Below, piece after piece: positions 63,944 through 64,000 of a DNA stretch of 64,000 nucleotides. The notes below the pieces were generated by a model. That model was not told the DNA's origin and ran no database searches. It worked only from the letters and a program-made list of their open reading frames with translations. The DNA comes from Octopus sinensis. Taxonomy: Eukaryota. A program made the translations under genes and the position numbers. The stretch lies in the NCBI RefSeq assembly GCF_006345805.1, contig NC_043018.1, positions 23,870,001-23,934,000 of the forward strand. Direction: 5' to 3'. Every line of letters begins with the position of its first letter. The first letter of the stretch is position 1.

Positions 63944-64000
63944 CATCATCATCATCATCGTTTAACGTCCGTTTTCCGTGCTAGCACGGGTTATATATAT

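Overview
Eukaryotic, AT-rich DNA saturated with microsatellites and transposons. The repeat repertoire (tRNA-headed SINEs, RTE/CR1/Tx1 LINE relics, Penelope relics, Helitrons) looks like an octopus/cephalopod genome, which is an inference. Two spliced protein-coding genes could be assembled by hand, arranged tail-to-tail. (1) A PRDM12 orthologue on + (PR/SET domain plus 3 C2H2 fingers; exons 34103-34296, 35655-35810, 37742-37856, 39804-40091, 44286-44506, with a tentative first exon 27530-27800). (2) The 3' part of a caspase-8/10-like gene on - (exons 62871-62821, 61693-61622, 56926-56600, 53068-52921, 51291-51160, and a tentative terminal exon from 49426). Most entries in the ORF track are microsatellite artefacts. 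Most notable observations: type-I hammerhead-ribozyme folds in (TA)n-embedded Penelope-like short elements (best at 22425-22515); a tandemly duplicated splice acceptor plus twin donor in PRDM12, such that only 1 of 4 junction combinations encodes the zinc fingers; a frameshift and a QACQN motif in the caspase; and alternating-orientation Helitrons bracketing successive PRDM12 exons. All calls come from manual reading; no database search or folding program was run.
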